A stretch of 63,826 nt of DNA, filler included, from Chiloscyllium plagiosum (taxonomy: Eukaryota): assembly GCF_004010195.1 (NCBI RefSeq). It is 5 parts of one record of this genome, joined end to end, with 100 filler letters (N's around TTAATTAATTAA, not from the genome) between each part and the next. Parts side by side here need not be neighbours in the genome. Positions count along the whole stretch, not along the records: positions 50,541 to 59,127 come from NC_057711.1; positions 59,228 to 63,826 come from NC_057711.1; 3 more parts are not named here. One strand, given 5' to 3'. The translations under genes were made by a program, and so were the position numbers. Shown here one piece after another: positions 51,447 through 63,826 of this stretch (the stretch's first letter is position 1; the number at the start of each line of letters is the position of its first letter). A model generated the notes under the pieces. It was not told where the DNA came from. It worked only from the letters and a program-made list of their open reading frames with translations, and did no database searches.

Positions 51447-51869
51447 GGACAAAGAGTCCATCAGTATTTTCTGTTTTGTGTTCTATCAAATAAACCATCT
51501 CTGTTTTTAATCATAGGACAGCTTACCTGCTCAGTTCTCTTCTATGTTTTTTTGACTAACTTACTGAGTAGCATTTTCATAGATTTTGTAGCATGTCATT
51601 TGCCACTTGGCTAGGAGATAGCTGGCAAACTAGGTGTGACATGTTTGTGATAGGGAAGTACATGAGGAATATGTGAAATCACATGAACCTCTGTGAATTT
51701 TGTCTTGCCCACACTGTTGTTGTGATCTCACCAGACATGCCTTCAAGGTGGTACATGAGCTACAAACTTGTATAGCTTTCTATTTAAAAGGAAGCAGCAG
51801 CACAGGTAAAGGTTAGTTTATTACACAACTTTAGCTGAAAGCTGCTAAGAGAAACGTGGTACTGTTATT

Positions 51870-53240
51870 AGTTGGAATACATTAAAAGCAGTACAGATAA
51901 AAATACTTGTAAAGATGGGCACAATTGAAATGTGGAGCTTATTCAAGAAACAACTACTGCTTGTCCTTGCTAAATATGTACTTGTCAGGCAGGGAGGAAG
52001 TGGTTGAGTGAGGGAGCTGTCATTTAACAAAGAAGTTGAAGCTCTCATCAACAGGAAGAAGAAGACATATGTTAGGATGCGATGTGAAGGCTCAGTTAGA
52101 GCACTTGAGAGTTACAAGTTAGTCAGGAAAGACCTAAAGAGAGAACTAAGAAGAGCTGTGGGGGGACATGAAAAGTCATTGGCAGATAGGATCAAGGAAA
52201 ACTCTAAAGTTTTCTATAGGTATATCAGGAATAAAATAATGACGAGAGAAAGATTATGGCCAGTCAAGGATAATAGTGGGAAATTGTGCTTGGGGTCTGA
52301 GGAGATAGGGGATATGCTAAATGAATATTTTTCATCAGTATTCACACTGGAAAAAGACAATGTTGTTGAGGAGAATACTAGACGCAAGCTTCTAGACTAG
52401 ATGGGATTGAGATTCACAAGGAGGAGGTGTTAGCAATTCTGGAAAATGTGAAACAGATAAGTCCCCTGGGCTGGATGGGATTTATCCTAGGATTATCTGG
52501 GAAGCCAGGGAGGAGATTGCAGAACCTTTGGCTTTGATCTTTATGTCATCATTATCAACAGGAATAGTGCCAGAAGACTGGAGGATAGCAAATGTTGTCC
52601 CCTTGTTCAAGAAGGGGAGTAGAGTCAACCCTGGTAATTATAGAGCAGTGAGCCTTACTTTGGTTGTGGGTTAAGTGTTGTAAAAGGTTATAAGAGATTG
52701 GATTTGTAATCATCTAGAAAGGAATGAGTTGATTAGGGATAGTGAAGGGTACATCATGCCTCACAAATCTTATTGAGTTCTTTGAGATGGTGATGAGGAT
52801 AAAGCAGTTGATGTGGTGTAAATGGATTTCAGAATGGCATTTGATAGGTTATTGTACAAAAAAGAGAGGAAAGGGATTGAGGGTGATTCTGGATCAGAAA
52901 TTGGCTAGCTGAAAGAAGACAAAGGGTAATGGTTGATGGGAAATGTTCATCCTGGAATTCAGTTACTAGTGATGTACCACAAGAATCTGTTTTGGGGCCA
53001 CTGCTGTTTGTCATTTTTATAAATAACCTAGATGAGGATATAGAAGGATGGGTTAGTAAATTTGCAGATGACTCTTAAGATTGGTAGAGTTGTGGATAGT
53101 GCTGAAGGATGTTGCAGATTACAGAAGGACATAGATAAGCTGCAGAGCTGGGCTGAGAGGTGGCAAATGGAGTTTAATGTGGAAAAATGAGAGGTGATCC
53201 ACTTTGGAAGGAGCAACAGGGCTGTAATGTTCTATGTTCT
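51870..53240 (+). mobile_element. CR1 ORF2 fragment, decayed
   Basis: IKENSKVFYRYI, KSPGLDGIYPR, DWRIANVVPLFKKG and KFADD remnants; same family as 62680-63826. Confidence 0.9.
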
Positions 53241-53744
53241 GTGGGGATAAGATCAGTCTTTGTTATTCTTGCAGGCTTGTTTGAAGATTTCTCTTTACAA
53301 AATGAGGGGAATTGAAAAACTGAAGTCAAAATTCAGGTGTGCTAACTTTGGAGTTGAATAGTTAGAGGTTGTTTTTACCAGTAGTCTGAGCAGAAGAGGT
53401 TCTGGGATGGATTGTAGGCTCCTTTATTTTGCTTTTACAATATTTCTATTTGTGTCCATGGTTACCTGGTTCAGTACAGGCCTTAGTTGGTTTGCCTTCC
53501 TCTTCTCTCAATTGAGAGCACTTTCTTTTTGATAGTATATCTCACATTTCTTGAAGGAGGTCTTCTCAAAATGGTGGCTTATAGTCTGTCTTATCGCAAC
53601 CAAAGTAAAATGCCTGCAGTATAAATATCAGCTGAGAAAATGCTCCTCAAAGTGAAATAAATTATGCTGGGGTTCCCTGTGGTACCCTTCCAGTCTCTGT
53701 TCTCTCAGAAACTCTGAATCCTTGCACATTTTAGAAACATGAGA

Positions 53745-53830
53745 GACGAAAAGGGTAGCGCTGGAAAAGCACAGCAGGTCAGGCAGCATCCGAGGAGCAG
53801 GAAAAGCGACGTTTCGGGCATAAGCCCTTT
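53745..53830 (-). mobile_element. Short family B PLE terminal fragment, truncated inside the HHR
   Basis: ctggaaaagcacagcaggtcaggcagcatcc...gacgtttcgggcataagccctt. Confidence 0.75.
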
Positions 53831-53929
53831 ATTGGCTCTACTCAGATCAGGAGGCTTAACACAAATCCAAGATTGTATCTTGTCAGATGTGGTGCATTTA
53901 GCTATTGACCCTTCATCGTGATGGGTTAA

Positions 53930-53995
53930 AAAAAGAACTGCAGATGCTGTAAATCAGAAACAAAAACAGAAATTGCTGGAAAAGCTCAGCAGGTT
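53930..53995 (-). mobile_element. Family D terminal fragment
   Basis: Matches 38345-38405. Confidence 0.6.
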
Positions 53996-55739
53996 AATGA
54001 TGTGTAGTGTTTACCCTACATATTCAAGGAAGGCTCTCTCTTTTGTTCAATCAGTGGAAGTCTACAAATAACTACTTTGCTGATATCCATAATTTTTTAG
54101 CAATTATTATGACCAGGTGAGGAATGGTAAATTGGCTCCACGCATTTCAACTTTCCCAGTTGACCATAACGAAGGTTTATGATTTTTTTTTAACTGGAGA
54201 TTATACCAAATGGGACAGTATCTAGCACAAAAAGAGGTTGAAACAACTATACAGATTAATGTCCTTATGGGTCTTTTGATTTGTAAGGTTTTAACCTGAG
54301 ACCATGGTTCTAACTGGTACATTGAATCAACATCAGTCATGAATATTTCAGTTGTCCTTTGTGTTCTCTGTGTTATGAATGTTCTTCTTAATCCATCATG
54401 CCACCGAGTGTTTTTTCTTTTTGAGAGACAGAGAAAGGGAGTTTTCTCCAACTTCAGTTCAGCTGTCACAAAAAAATCCATCTGCACCCTTTTGCCATAA
54501 ACAGCAGCTTGAGGTACAAGCTTGTCACCTTTTTAGTTTTTCTAATTGTAGTCAAAATTCCAACTCCAAAATGGGAAGTTTCCATGATGGTTTAAATCAA
54601 ATCAGAAGATGAGGATCTTTTCCACTGGACCTGAGTTGACAGATTTAAGTGCCTTTTGCTTGCATGTTATTTCAGTTCAAAAGTTCTCATTTATTCCACC
54701 TTCGTTCCATAAGCTTGACTCACTTGTGTGGTCAGGTGATTAGAGTGGCCCGGTTAAGTCGGTGTTTTTGATCTTTATTTAAAAAATTGCATTTTACCAC
54801 ATGACAGTAGACAGTATTAAGACCAGATGGTGGAATTTGAAACCGATAGCCCATATTTCATCACCATCATGACAAAAGAAAAATTGACTAATTTTTCCAA
54901 GTTTTTTGAAAAGGGTATACTGGAGGACATATCTGAGATTTTATCATCCATCGTCTGTTCTATCGTCTCCGCTACAGAAATTTGAATCTGAATCAGAATC
55001 AGGTTACATCATTTAAAAGACTTATTTCAATTAAAACACTTCAAATTATCTCCATAGGTTTAGACATCAATAAAGGTTCAAAATATATGGCCATTGAGGG
55101 ACTTTGCCCCAGGCCATCAGAAGAAAAACGGGAGTAAAACATTTCAAGATGCGTCATCCCTGTACGTTTTTGCCTTACACATTATGGCTCCTGCATGTTT
55201 GGGAATGAGCAGTCAGAAATGCAGGTGTCTTGTTGAGAGCAGAAGATAATGGGGCCTTGTGATTAACAGAATAGTGAGTTCAAGAGAAACAGAATCTGTG
55301 AGGAAGAGCTGCTCCATCAACCACAGATTCTGCTGCTCCCATGCTGACTGTTCAAGCTTCTCCCTCATAGGTTCCCACTCTGCAACTGCTAGAGATCTAA
55401 AATAGAAATAAAATATGTTGGAGAGGCTCTGCAGGCTGGGAAACATCTGTAAAGAGAGAAACAGAGTTAATGTTTCAAGTCTGATATGATGCTTTTTCAG
55501 GATACAGGTTTATAACCTTTCTCCCACTCTTGCTGCTCCTCCATACTCAGAATCTATGACTGGATTCTTAGCTGCCTGGTGGGTAAAAGCAAGATTTCCA
55601 TTTCCTGATTCAAGTGCATTTTAGATTCAAACTTAAATATTTAAATCAAAGGAATCCCTGAAAACCAAAACATAGTTTCTAAAAATCAAAAGTAGCACTC
55701 AAGATAATCTTAAAAATAGTCTTTGAAAAAGAACACAAA

Positions 55740-57010
55740 AAATAGGAACCACAGGTGCAAGAGTAGGCAATTCAGCCTCAGAGCCTGATCCACCAATCAA
55801 TATGATCATGGCTGATCTCATCTTGGCCTCAACTTCACGTTTCTGCCCACTGCCCATAACCATTCAACCTGTTGCCAGTTGCAATTCTGTCTACCTCCTC
55901 CTTAAATTTACTCAATGTCCTGGCATTCACTGCACTGTGGCATAGTGAATTCCATAGATTCATAACTCTATGGCAGAAGTAATTCCTCAACTCAGTTTTA
56001 AATCTGCTACCCCTTAGCTGAAAGCTATGACCTCTCATTCCAGATTGCCCCAAAGGAGAAATATCCACTCTACTTCTCCTTTGAATCGGGGTATATAAAG
56101 TGTTAGAGGATTGACAATCTCCTGTCATTCTTCTAACCACCAGAGAGTATAGGTCTAAATTGCTCGATCGCTGATAAGGCCTAAACTCCTTAATCTCTGT
56201 CCATAAGACAAACCTTTAATCTCTGGACTCAATCTAGTGAACTTCCTTAGAACTGCCTCCAAAGCAAGTAAATTCTTCCTTAAGTAAATGACAAAAAATG
56301 TACACAGTACTCCAAATACTCCCTACCTATATACTCTTATTTCTGTAGCAGTAAATACTAAAATTCCATTTGCCTTCCTTATTCCCTGCTGCACTTGAGT
56401 ACTATTTTTCTGCAGTGTTTGCACGAGAACACCCAGATCCCTTTGCACCAAAGCACTCTGAAGTTTCTCGCATTTTACATAATAAGTTGCTCTCTTAGTC
56501 TTAATGGATAACCTCACACTTATCCTTTTAAACTTTGGGGTGGCATGGTAGCTTAGTGTTTAGCACTGCTACCTCACAGCGCTGGGGATCTGGGTTCGAT
56601 TCCAGCCTCGGGTGACTGTTTGTGTGGAGTTTGCACATTCTCCCCGTGTCTGTTTGGGTTTCCTCCCATAGTCCAAAGATGTGCACATTAGGTGAATTGG
56701 CCATGCTAAATTACTGATAGTGTTCAGGGATGTGTAGGTGAGGTGCATTAGTCAGGGGTAAATGTAGAGTCATAGGTTAGGGGAATGGGTCTGAGTGGGT
56801 TACTCTTCGAAGGGTTGGTGTGGACTTGTTGGGCTGAAGAGCCTGTTTCCATACTGTAGGGATTCTATAAACTCTACCTGCTGGATTTTGACCCATTCAC
56901 CCAACCTATCCATATTTACTTGTAAATTTCTTACTTTTCTCATTGCGACTTACATTCCCACCTATTTTAGTGTCACCTGCAAATTTAGCTATAATGCCTT
57001 CTATTCCTGC
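55740..57010 (-). mobile_element. Decayed CR1 3' fragment interrupted by a SINE
   Basis: NYFCHRVMNLWNSL and VQRDLGVLV remnants. Confidence 0.85.
56538..56867 (+). mobile_element. HE1-like V-SINE nested in CR1, probable TSD taaac(t/t)-like
   Basis: Flanks are taaacttt and taaactct. Confidence 0.88.
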
Positions 57011-58479
57011 AGTGACTTCTACCGATTATAAATGCATGGGTCCTGAAAAATTGATTTGTATCCTGACACTGACCACACTGTCTTGTGATTTTGCTGTAAT
57101 ACTTGGTGAGCTATCTACTGTTTCAGCTGTTTTCACGTGCTCAATTTTAGTGAAGGTAAGAACAGAATATCAATAAGCAAATCTATTGGCCTTTGAATTG
57201 GCCTAAAGAGGTTTACATCAAGGCGTTTCTTTCTTTAAATTTCACACTGGATCACCTTTGCTAATAAGTCACTTTTTAAGTGCTGTTGCCGTGTTTTTAA
57301 AAATATATTTAAAAAGTAAAATCTGGATGTTTTTGAGGTAGAGTAAATGAAAATTGATTCCACTGATGCAATGTGCCTCATGATCTAAGCTTGAATATTG
57401 TGTTAACACTGTTTCCTGTATGTATAGGATCCCATTTCAGTAGCAACTACTACAGCTCTAGGGGAATCAATTATTCTGCAGGCAATCTTTCAAGTACTTC
57501 TATTTACGTGTGATAATACTGTATAATTTGGGTGTAAGACACCCTGTGATTGGAGCGACAAACAACATCTAACCATAAATACAGTAACTAATGAATGACT
57601 GTAATTAGTTGCAAATATAGGAATTCTGTGATCTCGTCCATGTCGCCAGAAATGTATGGCAAAAATAACAATAATAACAGTGATAGTTAATTATAATTTC
57701 TTATTATAATGTAAAGTGGAAATGCAAGCTTTGATATTTCCTGGAATGCTTTCAGTCTTGAGTATATTTTAAATTTGCAGATGTCCTCTTGCTCATAATG
57801 TTTTAAATCTTCTTTAATTTATTCTAAAATGAGGAAGGACAGTTACTTTGAGGAATTATCCATTGATGTTGCTAGCGTCTTTGCTTTCTGTTTTCATGTT
57901 TACGTGTTTCTGTATGTAGGTGGAGAAGTGCTCTATTACTAGCCAGTTCAAGCTCTTGCAGTCTGGGAAAACAAAGTTAAATTTGCTGACATTCACTGTA
58001 GTTATTTTTCTGAGTAGGGGCCTCCATATTTCACAATCCAGTAGATTTGGCTGGCGAGGATTCAAGCACACCAAGCTCTACGCTTCTCTGCCAAGACTCC
58101 TTGCTATTTCAGAATCATCCTGGAAAACAACAGATATTCACTTTCCCTGCTGTTGTCCTTTCTCCAAAGGCTTCTCTCCATTATTGATGCACCTCAGATC
58201 CCAAAGCAATTGCAATGACATCATGGACATTTTTGACACTGAAATCTAGAGAATCTGGTAAATTCCATCTGCTGCAATGATCTTTTCTGACAGAAACTTC
58301 TATCCACAGCTTTTCTCTCATCTTGCCATGTCCTTTCTCTCGACTCACCTTTATTTCTGAAGCATCCCAAGATTTATCCTTGACCTCTTCCTCATCCAGA
58401 TATACATGAAGCCTGTTTGTGCCATTTCTGAAACGAGGCATTAGATTTCTCATGTATACTGATGCCAGATATCAATGAG

Positions 58480-58830
58480 GGAATGGTGGTATAGTGGTAA
58501 AGTCACTGGACTAGTAATCCAGAAGTGGAAATGTGTTGCTGGAAAAGCGCAGCAGGTCAGGCAGCATCCAAGGAACAGGAGAATCGATGTTTCGGGCATG
58601 AGCCTTCTCCTGCTCCTTGGATGCTGCCTGACCTGCTGCGCTTTTCCAGCAACACATTTCCAGCTCTGATCTCCAGCATCTGCAGTCCTCACTTTCTCCT
58701 AGTAATCCAGAGGCCCAGGCTAAGGTTCTGGGGACAAGGGTTTGAATCTCAGCACTGATGCTCGTGAAATATAAATAAAGGCAATTAATCTGAAATCGAA
58801 AACTAGTTTCAATGAGCATGAATTATCATC
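58480..58830 (+). mobile_element. tRNA-headed SINE (second family), 5' part, interrupted
   Basis: A box tggtatagtgg, B-box-like gggtttgaatc; split at ctagtaatccaga. Confidence 0.65.
58524..58698. mobile_element. Fold-back element, family B, with a perfect 13-bp TSD
   Basis: Arms 58526-58583 and 58605-58662 (1 mismatch); CTAGTAATCCAGA at 58511-58523 and 58699-58711. Confidence 0.92.
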
Positions 58831-58859
58831 AATTGTCATATAACTCCACCTGATCAGTC

Positions 58860-59127
58860 CACCTGATCAGGAACGAACGATCAGTCCTCAGCAAAGGACT
58901 CACCTTCATCCCCCTCCGTCCACACATCAATAAATTTAATACACACCGTGACGTCGAACACTTCTTCGCCGCCTCCGCCTCCGAGCTTACTTTCACAATC
59001 AGAACTCCCGCCCACCTTCCGAGGACCCCTTCGCCCACCTCCAATGCACTGCATCCCCCTGGACACCCCGCGCTGCCTATTACCTGCCCTCGACCTCTTC
59101 ATTTCCAACTGCCGCCGGGACATTAAC
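58860..59127 (+). mobile_element. Family B-like PLE ORF fragment
   Basis: Similar to 29140-29385 (ERSVLSKGLTFIPLRP...LPALDLFISNCRRDIN); runs into the gap. Confidence 0.8.
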
Positions 59128-59227
59128 NNNNNNNNNNNNNNNNNNNNNNNNNNNNNNNNNNNNNNNNNNNNTTAATTAATTAANNNNNNNNNNNNNNNNN
59201 NNNNNNNNNNNNNNNNNNNNNNNNNNN
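59128..59227. other. Assembly spacer
   Basis: N44-TTAATTAATTAA-N44. Confidence 0.98.
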
Positions 59228-59349
59228 AAATTTTGGCTATTGTATATTTGGGCTAATTGTATATCAATGTTTATATCTGAGAGTTTTGTTTATTTTTGTA
59301 AACTTGTAAAAATGTTAAATTTCTAATAAAAATATCTATTAAAAAAAAC

Positions 59350-59910
59350 AATGGTGATTCAGTGATAATAATACCATTGAATGTCAAAAGGTGTTGCTTA
59401 GATTTCATCTTGTTGGAAATGACAATTGTCAGTTATTTGTATGGCTTGAATGTTGTTTGCCCCTTGTCAGCCCAAGTCTTGCTGTATTTGGATGTGGACT
59501 ACTTCAGTATCTGAGGGAGTCACAAGTAGTGCTGAACATTGTACAATCATCAGTGAACAACCCCACTTCTGACCGTATGATGAAGGTAAGGTCATTGAAA
59601 AAACAGTTGGAGATTGTTGGGCCTGGGAGATGTTATATCTTGGGGCTGACATGATTAATCTCCAACAATCACAAATAATTTTATTTGTGCTAGGTATGAG
59701 TCCAAATAGGGGAGAATTTTCCTCCTAATCACCATTGATTCCAGTCTTGCTAGGGCTCTTTCATACCAGTTGAATGTTGTCTTGATGTCAAAGGCAGTCA
59801 CACTCACGTCATCTCTGGAGTTCATCTCTTTTTTCCATATTGGACCAAGGCTGCAATGAGATCTGGAACTGACTAGCCCTGTCCACAAACCAAACTGAGC
59901 ATCAGTGATG
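59350..59910 (-). mobile_element. Decayed LINE RT fragment
   Basis: TAFDIKTTFN...LDSYLAQ; colinear with 14560-15065. Confidence 0.78.
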
Positions 59911-60039
59911 TTTGATGGGGCCTGTAAAAAACATACCTTTTTAGATTTTCTGTATTTTTGTTTGTGAATTGAAATGGACAAAGAACTGTTTTAAAAATCA
60001 AAATTCACAGAAAGGTACTTTTGAACAGTAGATTACCGA

Positions 60040-60850
60040 CTGGCAGATGGAGTTTAATTTAGATAAATGTGAGGTGCTGCATTTTGGAAAAGTAAATCTT
60101 AGCAGGGCTTATGTAAGGTCCTAGGGAGGGTTGCTGAACAAAGAGACCTTGGAGTGCAGGTTCATAGCTCTTTGAAAGTGGAGTCATAGGTAAATCAGAT
60201 TATGAAAAAGGTGTTTGGTATGCTTTCTTTTATTGGTCAGAGTATTGAGTACAGGAGTTGGGAGGTCATGTTGCGGCTGTACAAGACATTGGTTTGGTCA
60301 CTTTTGGAATATTGCATGCAAATCTGGTCTCTTTCCTATCAGAAGGATTTGTGAAACTTGAAAGGGTTCAGAAAAGATTTACAAGAATGTTGCCAGGGTT
60401 GGAGGATTTGAGATATAGGGAGAGGTTCAATAGGCTGGGGCAGTTTTCCCTGGAGCGTCAGAGGCTGAGGGGTGACCTTATAAAGGTTTATAAAAGCATG
60501 AGAGGCATGGATTGGATAAATAGACAAAGTCTTTTCCCTGGGGTGGGAGAGTCCAGAACTAGAGAGCATAGGTTTAGGGTGAGAGGGAAAAGATATAAAA
60601 GAGACCTAAGGGGCAACTTTTTCATGCAGAGGGTGGCACGTGTATGGAATGAGATGCCAGAGGAAGTGGTGGAGGCTAGTACGATTGCAACATTTAAAAG
60701 GCACCTGGACGGGTATATGAATAGGAAGGGTTTGCAGGGATATGGGCCAGGTACTAGCAGATGGGACTAGATTGGGTTGGGATATCAGGTTGGCATGGAC
60801 AAATTGGACCGAAGGGTCTGTTTCTATGCAGTTCATCTCTATGACTCTAC
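60040..60850 (+). mobile_element. CR1 (HER1-like) 3' fragment
   Basis: LERVQKRFTRMLPG...NFFMQRVARVWNEMP...FKRHLD; close paralogue of 23520-24285. Confidence 0.93.
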
Positions 60851-61669
60851 AACACACATTGTAAGTGTTCTTTACACTGCTTTTTATTCAAGCAGTGGGA
60901 GAAGTTTACTGCTAGAGCCAAGCAGCATGTATGAAGGGAGATTCAGCTAGCAAAATGTTGCAAATTGGTCTGTGCAATGGTGATCAGTTATCAAAAAGCG
61001 AGGCCTTTTGCCTGCCAAAATGTATGCAATTAGCTCCTAGATAGATGAACACCTTTTTGATGTGCACTATCGGGTCAGAATCCTTCAGATTTCAGAAAAG
61101 AATGGTAATGTCTTTCTCTCTCTCAAAAAAATACCCAAAACCTGAAGCAAGCCAGTTTATTTTCCCTCACCGTTTATTTTCAGCTGTTGATTTTAACCAG
61201 TAAATCAGATACTTAATAAGTTGTGAACCAGTCAGTGTGCCTCCTGCAAGCAAATGGAAGTACCGGGATAAGAGAGGTTGAGAAGTAACAAGTCCTGGTA
61301 AGCTAAAAGGATCATCATAGCAAAACCTAATGGATCGTTGTATTCCCTTTCCAGTCTTTCCCTCCACCAATTGTTTGTATGTGTATGTATGGGATTGGAG
61401 GGTTGAATTTTATGAGGGGTTTAGAATTGCTAATTGTATTTTATATGTTGTTAGTTCATAATTGTCTGTCTATAGCCTGTATCTATGTGTAATAAAAAGT
61501 CATTCTTGTTAACATGACATGGTTAAACCTATGTAAAATTGGTCCATGCTTTCTGTTAACCAGGATCTAACAAAACAGGAAAATTAGCGAGTTTTGTGAG
61601 CTTTGATAAAACCTTTAACTTTTATGATAATTCCAAGAATAGCAGGACTTGATTACCAACACACTATCC

Positions 61670-62280
61670 CACTCAGGTGTAGCACATTGAAGACTTTCTT
61701 CATCTCTTTGCTAATGATTGAGAACAGACTGATAGGATAGTAATTTGTCCAGTTCAGTTTGGCCTGCTTTTTATGGACAGGATATACCTGGACAACTTTC
61801 CACATTGTTAGGTAGATGTTAATGTTTTAGCTATCGTGGAATAGCTTGGTTTGGATTGCTGGAACACAGAACTTGAAGTGTATTAACTGATCCTTTGCAG
61901 CACCCAATGCCTTTAGCTTTTCTTAATATCACGTGGACTGAATTGACTTGGTTGAAGACTGGCTGTGATTCTGGACCCCTCTTGTGCTGGTTGACATAGA
62001 CTTCTGGCTGAAGTTTGTTGCTAATCCTTCAGCCTTTCTTTTGCACCGAATTGCTGGGCTCCTTTATGGCGATAGGGTAATTTTTATTTAAGGCTCCCCC
62101 TCCAGCTGGTTGTTTAATTGCTCACTACAGTTCATGACTGCATATGGCAAGACTGTAGAGGCTCAGATCTGATCTGTTGGTTGACATACAGCTTCCCCTG
62201 TTTAGCATACACTTAGTCCTGTGTTCTAGCATCACTAGAGTGACACCTCATTCTTAGCATTGCCTGGCACTGCTCCTGTT
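61670..62280 (-). mobile_element. Decayed LINE fragment
   Basis: 61700-61820 is similar to 15100-15230. Confidence 0.6.
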
Positions 62281-62684
62281 ATGGAGGACCAATAACACTG
62301 TTTGAAGTCTGTTCTATTTCACAGGACAGTGTACCACTCAACATAATGGAGGATTTCCTCAGTGTGAAGACAGTCCTTTGTCTGTACAAATGTTATGCAG
62401 GGGCAGTCGGAATATTTAAAATAGATGCACACATCTTTGGCAGGTAGATTGGCAAGGACACGGTTAAATAGATTTATTTTCCTTTTATTCAGTCCCTTAA
62501 CGTCTGCCATTGACCCAGTATAGCAGCTATGTCTTTTTGAACTTAGCCACTTCAGTCAGTTGTGATGCTGCTGAGCCATTATTGGTGGTGGCTGTTGAAA
62601 TTCTCCACCCAGAGTACATTCTGTATTATTGCCACACTCAGTAATTCCAAGTGGTGCTCAACATGAAGAGCTATAGCTCAAGTT

Positions 62685-63826
62685 CGTTAGATGGGTCAGT
62701 GTTTGTTCAATGTGTGCAGGAGAGTTTCCTGACACAATATGTAGACAGGCCAACAAGAGGTGAGGCCATACTGGATTTGGTTCTGGGTAACGAACCAGGC
62801 CAGGTGTTAGAATTAGAGGTAGGTGAGCACTTTGGGGATAGTGACCATAATTCGGTGATTTTTACTCTCGTGATGGAGAGGGATAAGTGTGTACTACAGG
62901 GCAAGAATTATAGCTGGGGTAAGGGAAATTATGATGCGGTGAGGCATGACTTAGGATGTGTGGCTTGGAAAAGAAGACTCCAAGGCAAGAGTGTAAATGA
63001 TATGTGGAGCTTGTTCAAGGAGCAACTATTGAGTGTCCTTGATAATTATGTACCTGTCAGGCAGGGAGGAAAGGGTCGTGCGAGGGAGCCGTGGTTTAAT
63101 AAGGAATTGGAATCCCTTGTTAAATAGAAGAGGGCGGCCTATCTCAAGATGAGACGTGAAGGTTCAATTGGGGCGATTGAGAGTTATAGGGTAGCCAGGA
63201 AGGACCTGAAGAGAGAGCTAAAAGCAGCAAGGAGGGGACACGAAAGGTCCTTAGTAGATAGGATTAGGCAAAACCCTAAGGCTTTCTATAGGTATGGTAG
63301 GAATAAAAGAATGACTAGGGTAGGAATAGGTCCAGTCAAGGACAGTAGTGGGAAGTTGCGTGTGGAGGCGGAAGAGATTGGGGAGACACTGAATGAATAC
63401 TTTTCTTCAGTATTCACTCAGGAACAGGGCATTGTCGATGAGAATACTGAGGCACAAATAAGTAGAATGGATGGCCTTGAGGTATGTAGAGAAGAGGTGT
63501 TGGAAATCCTGGAAAAGGTGAAAATAGATAAGTCCCCTGGGCCTGATGGCAATTATCCTAGGATTCTCTGGGAAGCAAGGGAGGAAATTGCAGAGCCATT
63601 GGCCTTGATTTTTATGTCCTCTTTGCCTACAGGAGTAGTCCCAGAAGACTGGAGGATAGCAAATGTGGTTCCCTTGTTCAAAAAGGGGAGTAGGGATAGC
63701 CCTAGTAACTATAGGCCGGTGAGTCTCACTTCTGTTGTGGGCAAAGTCTTAGAGAGAATTGTAAGGGATAGGATTTATGAACATCTGGATAGGAATAATG
63801 TGATCAAAGATAGTCAGCATGGTTTT
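62685..63826 (+). mobile_element. Relatively young CR1 ORF2 (end of endonuclease to start of RT), with a stop codon; runs off the window
   Basis: LDLVLGNE...GDSDHNSV...PWFNKE; later KSPGPDG, DWRIANVVPLFKKG and NYRPVSLTSVVGK. Confidence 0.93.

Overview
Repeat-rich vertebrate genomic DNA, most likely from a shark or other elasmobranch, inferred from HE1-like V-SINEs and their CR1/HER1-like partner LINEs. The window is broken by four artificial 100-nt spacers (N44-TTAATTAATTAA-N44). The only host gene I can support is the first coding exon of PCSK1 (prohormone convertase 1/3) on the minus strand, 48136-48318. It lies in a repeat-poor region with a perfect CRE and an RE1-like site upstream. I found no further PCSK1 exon by eye. 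The rest is decayed and nested mobile DNA: CR1, L2, Rex1/Babar and RTE LINE fragments, SINEs, Tigger/pogo remnants and several Penelope-like element (PLE) families. The most interesting signal is eleven minimal hammerhead-ribozyme (HHR) motifs, plus degenerate ones, from four PLE-associated sequence families. Their stems covary around an invariant CUGANGA/GAAA core. Several sit in short non-coding fold-back elements, two of which have 13-bp target-site duplications (TSDs). Repeat boundaries are approximate and family names come from motif recognition, not database searches.
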